Positions 1 to 44,031 of a stretch of DNA of 64,000 nucleotides are shown here, one piece after another. The translations under genes and the position numbers were made by a program. Within the stretch, counting starts at the first letter, position 1. Each line of letters starts with the position of its first letter. Source of the DNA: Hydrolagus affinis. Its lineage: Eukaryota. The stretch lies in NCBI GenBank assembly GCA_012026655.1, contig JAAILG010001462.1, positions 1 to 64,000 of the forward strand. Reading direction: 5' to 3'. Below the pieces are notes generated by a model. That model had not been told where the DNA came from, did no database searches, and saw only the letters and a list, made by a program, of their open reading frames with translations.

Positions 1-497
1 GATGTTAAGGCATTGGAAAGGGTGCAAAGAAGGTTTACTAGAATGGTACCAGGATTGAGGGACTTCAGTTATGGGGAAAGGCTAGATAGGCTAGGTTTAT
101 TCTCTTTGGAACAGAGAAGGTTGAGAGGAGACCTAATAGAGGTTTATAAAATCATGAGGGGATTCGACAGGCTGAATAAGGAAAAACTGTTTCCACTGGT
201 GGACTCGTGGTCACAGATTTAAAATAGTTTCAAAACGAAGCAGAGGGGAGCTGGGGAGAAATGTTTTCACTCAGTGGGTTGTTCGAATCTGGAATGCATT
301 GCCTGAAAAGGTGGTGGAGACGGATTCAATAACAGCTTTTAAAAGATAATTAGATCTTTATTTAGGGAGAACAGGTCTGTTAGGTTATGGTGAGAGAGCT
401 GGGCAGTGGGATTGAGTTGCTCTTTTCAAAGAGCCGGCACAGACTAGATGGGCCAAATGGTCTCCTTTTGTGCTGTAAAATTCTATGATTCTATGAT
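1..497 (+). mobile_element. CR1-type LINE, 3' end (RT C-terminus and 3' UTR), cut by the window edge
   Basis: Translation ERVQRRFTRMVPGL..YGERLDRLGLFSLEQRRLRGDLIEVYKIM is the typical CR1 ORF2 C-terminus, followed by a frame disruption; ends in ATTCTATGATTCTATGAT tail repeats. Confidence 0.9.
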
Positions 498-601
498 AAG
501 ATATGTTCTCAAGAACATGATACGTAAGCTCTGCTCAATTTTTCTATTCTAGAGGATGCGGCAGTTACTTCTCAATACAATAAGTTTTGTATTGGAAATT
601 A

Positions 602-647
602 ATTGCTTCTTGGCCTTTTGGCTCAAATATCAAAGATCAAATATAGT
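602..647 (+). pseudogene. U2 snRNA 5' fragment (about nt 1-37), degenerate
   Basis: ATTGCTTCTTGGCCTTTTGGCT[caaatatca]AAGATCAAATATAGT versus U2 ATCGCTTCTCGGCCTTTTGGCTAAGATCAAGTGTAGT; two CpG>TpG changes, two G>A changes and a 9-nt insertion. Confidence 0.7.
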
Positions 648-1252
648 TTTTAAAAAAGTAATTTTGTTGTTACTCTTGCCAGAAGTAGTTTTATTGTGAT
701 GAATTGTTCAGATTGCTAACTTGTAATGTGGTAACTACTATCCTGTAAGACAGGAGGCACGCAGCAACCTTGTGCAGTGGTATACATTGATCACTCCTGA
801 GAAAACTGGTATTGCAGTGTTGGTGTGTCATTATGCAGCACTCAGAGTAGCGGTCTGTAAATTTAGCAAAGTCCCTCCCAATTGTTACTACCAGATTTGA
901 GTTTAGGAAATTGGTATGAGTTGTAAAGAGTATTGTCATGCCTGGTGCCCACTTTAGCAGAACTGCAGAGTAGTATGGAAGCGTTGATAATTTAAGGTGT
1001 AGTAAATAGTTTTTATATGAGGATGATCAGGTGCTCAAAACCTTGCCATTCAAACCATTTTATCCTATTCATGGACTGTAAGCAGTTTTGAGAGAGACCA
1101 CTAGGTGGAGTAATATGCCCCAAGATGTGGGTGTGCTGAGCAGTAGCATTGCAGCTGTTTGTAGAATGGCATGTATGTTCCCTTTTAAAATGATTGTTCC
1201 TTGAATTGTTGAATCCCCTTGCAATGTTTTCTTCTTTGTTTCTGTTTTAAAG

Positions 1253-35225
<33,973 letters not shown>

Positions 35226-36453
35226 TGGCCACATTACCAACAAAGAATTGCGCTTTTATTCATCAGAACTAGCCATAAATCCATGCTGATTTTTTTTATT
35301 ACTTTGCTCCTTAATCCAAATGTTTTGTATCTTGCTAATCTATGTCTGCCACTCCATGTGTAGTTCAAATTTGTTCCCCTAAGCTATTTTTTTATTAAGA
35401 ACACTGGAGTTCTATTTTTAGCTTATGAAAATATGTATTTTAACAATCTGCTTAGTTGTGCACTGTGACTGCTCTGCACCCACTTGATTACGTAACTATT
35501 TACTGCACTTTTAACCATAATTGCTATTATCTAAAGCATTCTCTTGTCCAGTTGCATTTGGCCAGTTAAACTGAATGGCTCATTAGTTATTGGGCATAAT
35601 CCCTAGGAAATTATGATGGCAGTCTTGCTTTGCTGTACATTGTGTAGTTTGTACATACTTTTGATTTTCACTAGGAACGTTTCAGATTATTTGTGCACCA
35701 ATTCAGGAATGTATAGTACTTTTTTCAGTTTCTATGTAGATGTAAAATTGTGTTAAGAATATATTCATCAAATCAATCTTATGGCACAAAACATGTACAG
35801 AATATTTTCATTTTAAATTATACAGTATGAACTTTCCAAGAATGTAAATGGTCTCTTAACATTTCAGCCATAAGAACGTCATTTTATGGGGAATATTAAT
35901 CTTCCTCAGGATGAAAGCATATAAACTTGCATTTATTTGAAACACTGACATATATGAATAATCGACAAATATGACACTGACAATGCAGCTGCGTTACACT
36001 ATTTACCTTGTGCATGGCTTGCGATCAAGAAACTGATCTGATGAGAGGCAAGGTGAAAGTCATTGTTTGAACATTTAAAAACTAGATCTATTTAGATATG
36101 GGCTCTTACAAGGCTTGCACTCCAAAATGTTTTTCAGTTTTCCATGATCTGTTCAATAAGGGGGATAAGGGATCATTAAAAATGTATGACCAGTTGAACA
36201 TGAGTCAACTTTAAATTGCTGAGTTGCAAAATAATGCACAATCCAGCTATTCAGATGTATTTTCCTACAAGGAAACATTATTCATATTTTGTAGGTGAAT
36301 TGCAATGTTACAACTAACTGTATGTAGCATGATGTCAGTACTAACTGCATGTGTAAATATCATAGGAAGGTCAAATATATTATATGTATTGTCATTCATG
36401 TAGTTGTCTATAAGATTTGTAATGGCTGGAAAACGATGGCTGTTTAATAACAC

Positions 36454-36459
36454 AATAAA
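36454..36459 (+). terminator. Probable RALGAPA1 polyadenylation signal AATAAA (3' UTR ~1.25 kb)
   Basis: First AATAAA I found after the stop codon, at the end of an AU-rich UTR-like stretch. Confidence 0.55.
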
Positions 36460-36861
36460 AAATATTCTTACCATGTCTAATTATGGAGATATTTATATAT
36501 TTGCAAAATTCAAATGATTAAAAAAAGTCATCTTAAAGCATCAAAAGCGTTCACTGAATCTAAAAACACAGACAAACATAGAAAAGCATGTAATACTAAA
36601 AGATCTGAGTTATTCATTCCACTGAACTTGTTTCGATAGATCAAGTGGAAACAAACCTTTTTTTTATCATTTGTTTTATCCTGTTTTTCTTTTATTCTTT
36701 TTATTTCTCTCCTCCTGCTCTCCAAATTTAGATTTTTTTGGATGAGTGAGCAACCAGGTCTCCTGGACCTAGGTATCTGGGGGTTCTAGTTTGCAATTGA
36801 CCACAAGCCATAATTGTAGGCTTAAAATTGACTTATTTTTGTGTATGTATGCGTGAATATA

Positions 36862-36872
<11 letters not shown>

Positions 36873-36897
<25 letters not shown>
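36873..36897. repeat. (GA)n microsatellite
   Basis: Direct reading. Confidence 0.9.
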
Positions 36898-37860
36898 TAA
36901 CTGTTGCTTTTTGAAAGTATGAAACCTGCACTCTGTCCCATTCCGTAATGTTCCAGTTCCAATCAAGAGATTCCAAGAAGGAAATTGCTAATATTAATCT
37001 GCATGCATTCATCAATATTTTCTGGCATGTTGCAAGTTAGAGCAATTCATTCATGACTCAGATGGGGGCCTATTGTTTAAATGTTCGTAGAATTCATAAA
37101 TAACTGCTCTTAGTTTAGACAGCACAAATTTCAATAAAATTTAATTTCGTATTGGACCTTTCAATAATCTTTAGAAGTCATACAATTCCAGTCTGAAATT
37201 ACTATGTAATGCCCTGTGGCAATAAGGGTGGAACAAGGCTCTTCTTTTTCCAAATTTGTAATTCATATTTAAAATGATGGATTATTAATCATGGACAGCT
37301 TGCAATCCAGGACCTCAATCAATGGAGCCTTATCAATGGAATGAAATCTAGGAAGAGGCTTGTGTATGGTATTTCCTTACATCATTCAATAAATGCCTCA
37401 AGTAATTCGCTGCAAAGTAAAATTCCTGAATTTGTCATATAAAAAAATTATGCACATACTTTTATCTAACTAAATTCGATGGATTTCCAACAACAGTGTT
37501 AGTAGAATATTACTGATCGCTTCCGTTTGCTTTTCAAGCACTCAGATTAAAAATCTTTAGACAAAGACTGTAAGATTTAACCTCTGAATTTCAAATGCTG
37601 ACATATTTACTTAGAATTGTTTTCAAAGTCTTTTTATATTCTCTCTGGAAAGTCTTTTGGTATTCTTGATTTTGGTTTTCTTGCCTCTCCGTGATAAATG
37701 AGCACCAGCAGTCAATTGGAAGAGGTGATTTAACAATGAGATGGTTAAGGAGTGTTCGACATCAAAGATCCATCACCACAATAAATAATTAGCATGGAAG
37801 ATGCAACTCTACATTGTCTGCCATAAGTACATCCAGATACATGATTTATCTGCTAAACCA

Positions 37861-37923
37861 GCACCTTGGGATGTCCTCCCAACATGAAAGGCACCATGCA
37901 AATGTAATTTTGTTCTTGTTGTC
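37861..37923 (+). mobile_element. L2 3' tail fragment
   Basis: GCACCTTGGGATGTCCTCCCAACATGAAAGGCACCATGCAAATGTAATTTTGTTCTTGTTG (CpG-decayed form of the L2 tail). Confidence 0.65.
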
Positions 37924-38041
37924 TTCCACAGGTGACAAAACCAGGCAGACTTATTAGCAGGGTTCCATTCCAGTGCATATTCTTGAAGTTTGTTGGTTTT
38001 CCTAGGGACAATAATCTGATTAGTTAAAATGTTGTGATCGT

Positions 38042-38344
38042 GGAGTCCTGTAGCTCAGTGGTTAGAGCACACGCCTTACAAGCAAGAGACTTGGGTTTGA
38101 TTCCAGGCAGGGTAAAACCTGGGGCAAGTTTCCTTACTCCACACGCCTGTTAATAATCCTTCAAGAAAAACAAAACAAATTGGTCATTTCAATCCTTGAC
38201 TGTTTGTGGGACACTGCTGGGTGCAATTGTCTGCCACATTTCATGCACAAATATACAATCAATTCACTTTACATTCTGTGAAGCGTTTTGAGACATCAAG
38301 AAGACGTGAAAAGCCCTATATCAAATACAAGTATTATCACTATT
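38042..38344 (+). mobile_element. Full-length tRNA-derived SINE with L2-type tail
   Basis: A box TAGCTCAGTGG, B box GGGTTTGATTCC, body, tail AAGCGTTTTGAGACATC..GTGAAAAGCCCTATATCAAATACAAG(TAT)n; several homologous copies in the window. Confidence 0.88.
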
Positions 38345-38552
38345 TTGATGCACCTTTTGGATATGTGATGTGGATGTGGTCTTAAGTCAATTTAGAAAAG
38401 ATGCTTGGCTTTGCTTTCCCTTCGATTTGGACTTCAGTTATTCTGTTACATCCTTTGTATTCCATACTGTGGGATTTCTTGTGAAATATATGGGGTTATT
38501 CTCCCTTCTGTATTAAAAATTGATGATGCATTCAATATTTCAAGCATTTTTG

Positions 38553-38558
38553 TTTAAT
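38553..38558 (-). terminator. Candidate INSM2 polyadenylation signal (ATTAAA); 3' UTR ~2.3 kb
   Basis: Ends an AU-rich block on the - strand; an alternative AATAAA lies at 39233-39238. Confidence 0.35.
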
Positions 38559-40869
38559 AAAATGTATGAAAATAGCTCAAACATGACATAAGCAGTATAA
38601 GAAAATACATAGAGTAGAAACTATTTTCACAAATATGAATTACCTAGCACACAAAATAAATATCTAGCGGTATAGAAATATATCACTTACGTTAAAAGCT
38701 ATTTTGGTACATTCTCACTATGTTCGGCACAAAACAAATAAGGTTGCAATACTGCAATCTTTACATATTAATATAGTACAAGGCAAATACATAATCATTT
38801 AAAGTTACGTCAACATAAATATATTTAGTTTTTGTTTTAAAATACAGATTGCAATACGGGTATTTGTGTATCATTTTAACATTATGCAGGTTATACCAAA
38901 ATGACAATCAGTGGAGAAATTCTACTTATAATGTGGACAACAGTCGATAAGTATTCTGTTAATACATCTTGAAAGGGAGTATTTTTCCCAAGCTTAGAAC
39001 AAACATTGTACAATAGTTACATAACAGGAACATTTGGATTAAGGAAACATTTTGTTCCATACATGGATTCTTGATAGTACAAGGCTTCTCGATATATCTT
39101 CACCATTTTAAAACTTTTGTACAACATACCCCAGTCAACCAACAAGGCAAACAAGCAAAGGTTTGGGTCAATGCTGCCATACACTAGTCAATATAATACA
39201 AAGGCTTAGAGGGAACATTGGTCAATCCACCCTTTATTTATTTGCCTCTCTTCAGCTGAGCTGCCTCTAACAGACCAATTTGCAGCAGAAGCTCAACATC
39301 TAGGAATTGAATACAGGTGTGCAAGGCCTATTCTCCACTACCATGAATACACTTGTTTACAACCATTTGTATTCACTCCTGCACTCACCTAAGTTAAATC
39401 TTTTGCTGGGGGAAATACATAGTTGTTTATAATTTGACGAACAAATGTACTGGTATTTAGTAGTACTCATCCTGTTTAGTAGGAAATAGTCAGCGGTTGA
39501 TCTTTTATACTAATACTTTAATTGAAAATAATAAATCGCATGTCGGGAAGATAGGTCCATAGAGGCGGGTGTTCCTGAACAAACAATGTGAAATAACATT
39601 AGATATGAAACCTATATTGTAGGTGCTGCGGCAAACCAGAGCAGTGAGATTAGGATTGTAAACAAGTGGCGTGTTTGATTATAATTGTCAGTGTTTTATG
39701 TTCCTGGTGAAACTTTCCCACAGAAGAGACCAGTTCAGATATTGCGCTGACAGCGGCTGAAATGATGCCTAGATGTTTGGTCAAAAACACGTGTACAGCA
39801 GAGAAGACCCGCATTGACATTAGTATTCACAGCATTCAATGCTAGATTAGGTTATTTGCAAAACGTGTGTGGATTTTGAATGCAACTCGCTGGCGACGCA
39901 TGGAATTCAATGACACGTAGTAAATACTTGTTTGTGGACTGGAATGTGTGGGAATAACATCAAGATTGGTAAAGTAATGAAGCCAAGCCAAGAACGGGAT
40001 AGTGAGAGAACATGGGGTGTCTGGGATGATGAGAGAATGAATGAGAAAGTTCTGTTACTGAGGTATCGATCCAGATTTGAGTATGTATTTCTGTTTTGAA
40101 AGATCACATCGCGAGATTGGTTACAGGGATGAATTTAAAGTTCACCTTTGAATTACATCCCCAAAGGTGTTGTGGGGGATAATAAATCTATAAATGCCCA
40201 GGTACACAAACAATAGGACTTTAATTGCATAATTTAGGTAACCGATGTTAGATCGAATCCCATTTTTCTTTAAAATAGACCGAAAGTGTAACTATTTGAA
40301 ATCCAAATCCTCACTCTTGTTTCCATCTCACCAATGACCTAAGAATTCACAGCATTTTTAAACAGTGCGACCTTGCAGCCAAACAACAGAACCAACTGAA
40401 CATAGCGTGTTAGCTTTTACTTTGGTAACATTCAATCGTAATTGTTAAATCCCAATGTATATCCTGTGTATAAATTCGAGGAACTCGTGGTAATGTTAAC
40501 ATTTATCAAGGCAATGTCTCCTGTATCAACAAACCGTGTCTGGGAAGGGGTGGTGGGTGGATTTGGGGGTAAATTTAGCTAATTATTTTAGGGAGTGCAT
40601 TTGGTCTAAATAGCAAAGGAGCAACGGCTAGTGGCAATTTTGCAAACATTCATTCTTTCATTTCATTTTTCTTTTATCGGAATCTAGGGGAGATCCAATG
40701 TCAAATTCCACGTTGGGGGTGGGGGGAGGTGAGGGTGATAATTTAGTCGTAAGAAGTTTAAGAAAACTCCCAGTTTGTTTAATTGAAAAAAATAAAACAG
40801 AATAATTATATTTTAAAAGGGCCAGGAAGGAGAGAGTGGAGACTGCCAACTGTGTGAACTGTACAGTGT

Positions 40870-42474
40870 TTAACAGCCGGGTCTGAGTGGGATCTGCAGC
40901 AATAGCACCTGTCTGCTCTCTGACGGGTGACACTTGTTGATGTGCCTGGTCAGGCCGGGGGAGCTGACGAAGGTGGACGGGCAGTGTTTACACGAGTAGA
41001 TCTGCGCTGCCGGCTCTCCTCCATTCGGGGTCTCCTCGATACATCTGTCCCCGGGACCCGGGCAAGGACCCGGGCAGGGACCCGGGCCGAGGAGAGCGGC
41101 TTCCCCGCGGCCCATGGCGTGCCACAGCAGGTGCTTGTCTCGGATCTCGGCCGAGGGCAGGTGCACCCCGCAGAGCTGGCAGGGGAAGGACAGGCGGCTC
41201 AGCTCCTCCACTCGGGTGCTGACCGAGCAGCGGGCAGCTTGGTGCGCGGCCAGGTGTTTTCTCAGGTAAGCCTGGCGGCGGAATGTCTTACTGCAGTAAC
41301 AGCACTGGAACAGCTCCTCGCCTGCCAGCAGCGCGGAGGAGGTGGAGGAGGAGGAGGTGGTGGAGGAGGAGGAGGTGGAGGAGGCCGTGTGGGCAGCACC
41401 GCCCGGGCTCTCCCTGGAGCTGTCCAAGTGCTGAATCCGAATGACTCCCGGAGACTCGCTGCCTCCGCCCCGCTTGCCCGAGTTCTCTTTGCTCTCCGAG
41501 TCCGCCTCTCCTTGCTTCTTGACGGCTTGGGCGTCGCCGTTAGTCCCTGGACGCGGCTTGTGCCAGCGCCGATGGGAAGCCAGGTTAGCCGGGCAGCTGA
41601 AGACCTTGTCGCACTCGGGACAGCGGTATTCCACGCGGATGATCCTGGAGCACTTGTGCTGGGCTAGAGAGAAGGGGTCGGGGTATTGCTCTTTGCACAG
41701 CTGGCAGATGAATTCGCCCAGAGCGCCGCCTCCTATGGACGGGCAGCGTTTGGAGTCGCCGGCGTCCACTTTAATCCTCAAACCCAGCACGGGAGAGGTG
41801 GTCATTTCATCTTGGAAACTGAGTTTCCTGATGACTTTGGGCTTCTTCGGGGCGGTGGTTGTGGCTGTGGTTGTTGTGGGTGCCGGTGTGGGTTGCCCAG
41901 CCTTGCTCTTGCGCTGGCCTTGCTCCCCAGCTCCTGCCCCTCTCTTGCCGCTTGCTGGCAAATGCAAAGGTGAGAATAGGTGAGCGGCGCCGTCCACTTT
42001 GGAGCGCACCGCCGAGAAGGTCGGCTGCAACAGGAGCCTCTCGATTGGGTTCAGGGTCGAAGCCACGGGGAAGGATTCTGCGGGAGCCGGCGAGACCAGG
42101 CATCTGTCAACGAAAGGGTTCTTCGGCTCTTTGGCCAGAGGTTTGGCCGGGCTGTAGGGTACACTGGCCCAGCGCGATATGTTATACTCTGCGAAAGGCG
42201 GCTGGGTGTAGAAGGCACCGTTCTCCAACAACGATCCCATCGCCTGGTTTGCCTCCGAGACTTTATCCTGAGCCGACTCATGGTTGAAAGGCTCCGGGCT
42301 GCTCCTCTGAGGAGAGGGCTGCAGAACGGTGTCCCCTGGTCCAGTTGCGAGGACATCGGCGCTCGGAGGGTGAGGTTCCCGCAGCTGGTGATAGTCCTCT
42401 TTCTCCTCAGTGCGAACCCGGTAGGAAACTGGAGACGACTTTTTGTTTCTTTTCACTAGAAATCCTCTTGGCAT
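40870..42474 (-). CDS. INSM2: Insulinoma-associated protein 2, SNAG plus 5 zinc fingers, single exon, 534 aa
   Basis: Starts MPRGFLVKR (SNAG); RKLSFQDEMTTSPVLGL motif; five fingers, the first atypical; C-terminus HPSESRQVLLLQIPLRPGC is INSM2-type (INSM1 has ENRQVILLQVPVRPAC); RALGAPA1 synteny. Confidence 0.95.
   Translation of the reverse strand: MPRGFLVKRNKKSSPVSYRVRTEEKEDYHQLREPHPPSADVLATGPGDTVLQPSPQRSSPEPFNHESAQDKVSEANQAMGSLLENGAFYTQPPFAEYNISRWASVPYSPAKPLAKEPKNPFVDRCLVSPAPAESFPVASTLNPIERLLLQPTFSAVRSKVDGAAHLFSPLHLPASGKRGAGAGEQGQRKSKAGQPTPAPTTTTATTTAPKKPKVIRKLSFQDEMTTSPVLGLRIKVDAGDSKRCPSIGGGALGEFICQLCKEQYPDPFSLAQHKCSRIIRVEYRCPECDKVFSCPANLASHRRWHKPRPGTNGDAQAVKKQGEADSESKENSGKRGGGSESPGVIRIQHLDSSRESPGGAAHTASSTSSSSTTSSSSTSSALLAGEELFQCCYCSKTFRRQAYLRKHLAAHQAARCSVSTRVEELSRLSFPCQLCGVHLPSAEIRDKHLLWHAMGRGEAALLGPGPCPGPCPGPGDRCIEETPNGGEPAAQIYSCKHCPSTFVSSPGLTRHINKCHPSESRQVLLLQIPLRPGC
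41416..41435 (-). promoter_or_regulatory. Exonic RE1/NRSE (REST site), 1-bp contracted form
   Basis: TTCAGCACTTGGACAGCTCC versus consensus TTCAGCACCNNGGACAGCGCC. Confidence 0.7.
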
Positions 42475-42689
42475 TTTTTTTTCCACCTTCCCGAACCCGC
42501 GTTCAACACAGTAGAGGAGAGGAGGGGGTGAATTTATGCTTTGTGGTTGATGGATCTCAAGATATTGGGAGGGGAGGGGGGGGCGGGGGCTCAGATATCT
42601 CAACGAAGGAACTTGAGTGGGTGGGGGTGTGTGCGTGTAGTCAAAGGCAGTCAGGAAACGCACTCCTGACCCCTCGACATGACTGCCTG

Positions 42690-42870
42690 GCTTTTTATTG
42701 ATGGCAATGGCTTTTGTTTGGAGCAGGGACTTGTCCAATCAGAGAATGGAGATGCTGGAGGATGGATCGGGAGGAGGAGAGACTGGCAGGGAAGGACCGG
42801 TGCATTGTGAGAGTAAGGTAACCAAGAGCTACTATCAACCTTAACTCATCAACACTCTTATGTAAATAAG
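42690..42870 (-). promoter_or_regulatory. Probable INSM2 core/proximal promoter
   Basis: TATA-like CAATAAAAAG (42691-42700, - strand), CCAAT box 42735-42739, FOX-type TGTAAATA 42861-42868; ~220 nt upstream of the ATG. Confidence 0.5.
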
Positions 42871-43924
42871 CCATATAGCAAAGGAGAGACTGCATACAAT
42901 CTTATATCCCTCCCCCCCTCCCCACCCCCTCAATATCCTCACTCTGGACGCACACATACCCAGTGGGCAGTTCGCTCACCATTAAGTGAACTTTTCTTTA
43001 GGAAACCGCGTGTTTTTGTCCATCCAGTGGTTGTACACGTTCAGAATTCCCCGTCTTTGGCAAAAAAAATAGTTCGGCAAAGTTTTATTTGAAGAGAGAC
43101 AAAAACCGCGGCTTCGTTTGCTCAAATAATCTTGCCTGGCTCATGTGGGGCGAATGTACGCGGCGTCGCTATTGTACCATTTGACAGGTTATTGAAATAT
43201 TTGGGACGTGAGTGCAGGTCCAATCTAATTATAGATGCAGCTGTTTGGAAGCTAAGACCCATTTCAATCCTGAGCGCTTTCGTTTTTTGTGCAGCGGCAG
43301 AACGTTATCCTCCACGGGATCTTGGTGACACAAACACCGCGTTGACCTGTTTGACCGATATATTGCGATGGATACTTTTTTTTTAAAAAAAGATGGTAAT
43401 TCAGGGTTTGATCTTTAGTGTTTGGGACACGGTGCTCGTTGATGTAAATACACGGGCACTCGAATCAGTCGCGGAAAATCGAAACCTCTACCAGAGTAAT
43501 TGCTGATAGATTTCCGCTGAGCACCGTGGCATTGAAGCGCTCTCTGTGCGTGAGAAACAACGTGAATCTTTGCGCCGATCAAGCGGTGGTTTGAAGGTGT
43601 AATCATTTTCAGAAAAGGTTCCCGAGCAACGGTTACCCAGCAGCAAACCTTTGCCTCAAGATCCATTAAAATCATTAGCGCGTTTACAGCGACTCGCGAC
43701 CGACTGTTGCATTTGATTTCCTCGGTTCGCTCTCTGCGTGGCTCGGGCTCAGCGTTAAACCGTGTGAATTGGAGTTTAATGAAATAGATAGAGGGCGGCG
43801 GGACCCGGTATCCAGCGGCTAATCTAATGAGTTGTATTCATGAGTAAAAAGAGAGGTGGTGGTGGGGGGAGGAGAGAACTACAGTACACCCGTTTTGAGT
43901 CTGTAGCAGGCGCAGACAAAATGC

Positions 43925-44031
43925 ATCGTGAATTCACCTTACAGTCTATTCCGAGAAGCGCTCTGAGACGTCCCAACCACGCGATAAGGCGCTGTATCGA
44001 ATGCAAGGATTATCATGATGACGATTATCAT
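43925..44031 (+). mobile_element. SINE 3' fragment retaining CpGs
   Basis: AATTCACCTTACAGTCTATTCCGAGAAGCGCTCTGAGACGTCC..GCGCTGTATCGAATGCAAGGATTATC. Confidence 0.7.

Noticed and set aside
690-940. Additional RALGAPA1 exon upstream of 1253
   Set aside because: No convincing splice-site pair and no frame resembling RALGAPA1
36038-36065. CTGATGA...GAAA hammerhead-like motif in the RALGAPA1 3' UTR
   Set aside because: No stem II pairing
38042-38115. tRNA gene
   Set aside because: The tRNA-like head continues into a SINE body and tail and recurs in diverged copies
40870-42474. Calling the pair INSM1/RALGAPA2
   Set aside because: The C-terminal residues are INSM2-type and the neighbouring exons match RALGAPA1
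40927-42701. Overlapping + strand ORFs (246, 180, 159, 142 aa)
   Set aside because: Antisense shadows of a GC-rich CDS; poly-Gly mirrors poly-Ser; no recognisable domain
40870-42738. 622-aa ORF as the true INSM2 protein
   Set aside because: It starts at TTG; the SNAG domain must be N-terminal, so the ATG at 42474 (534 aa) is the start
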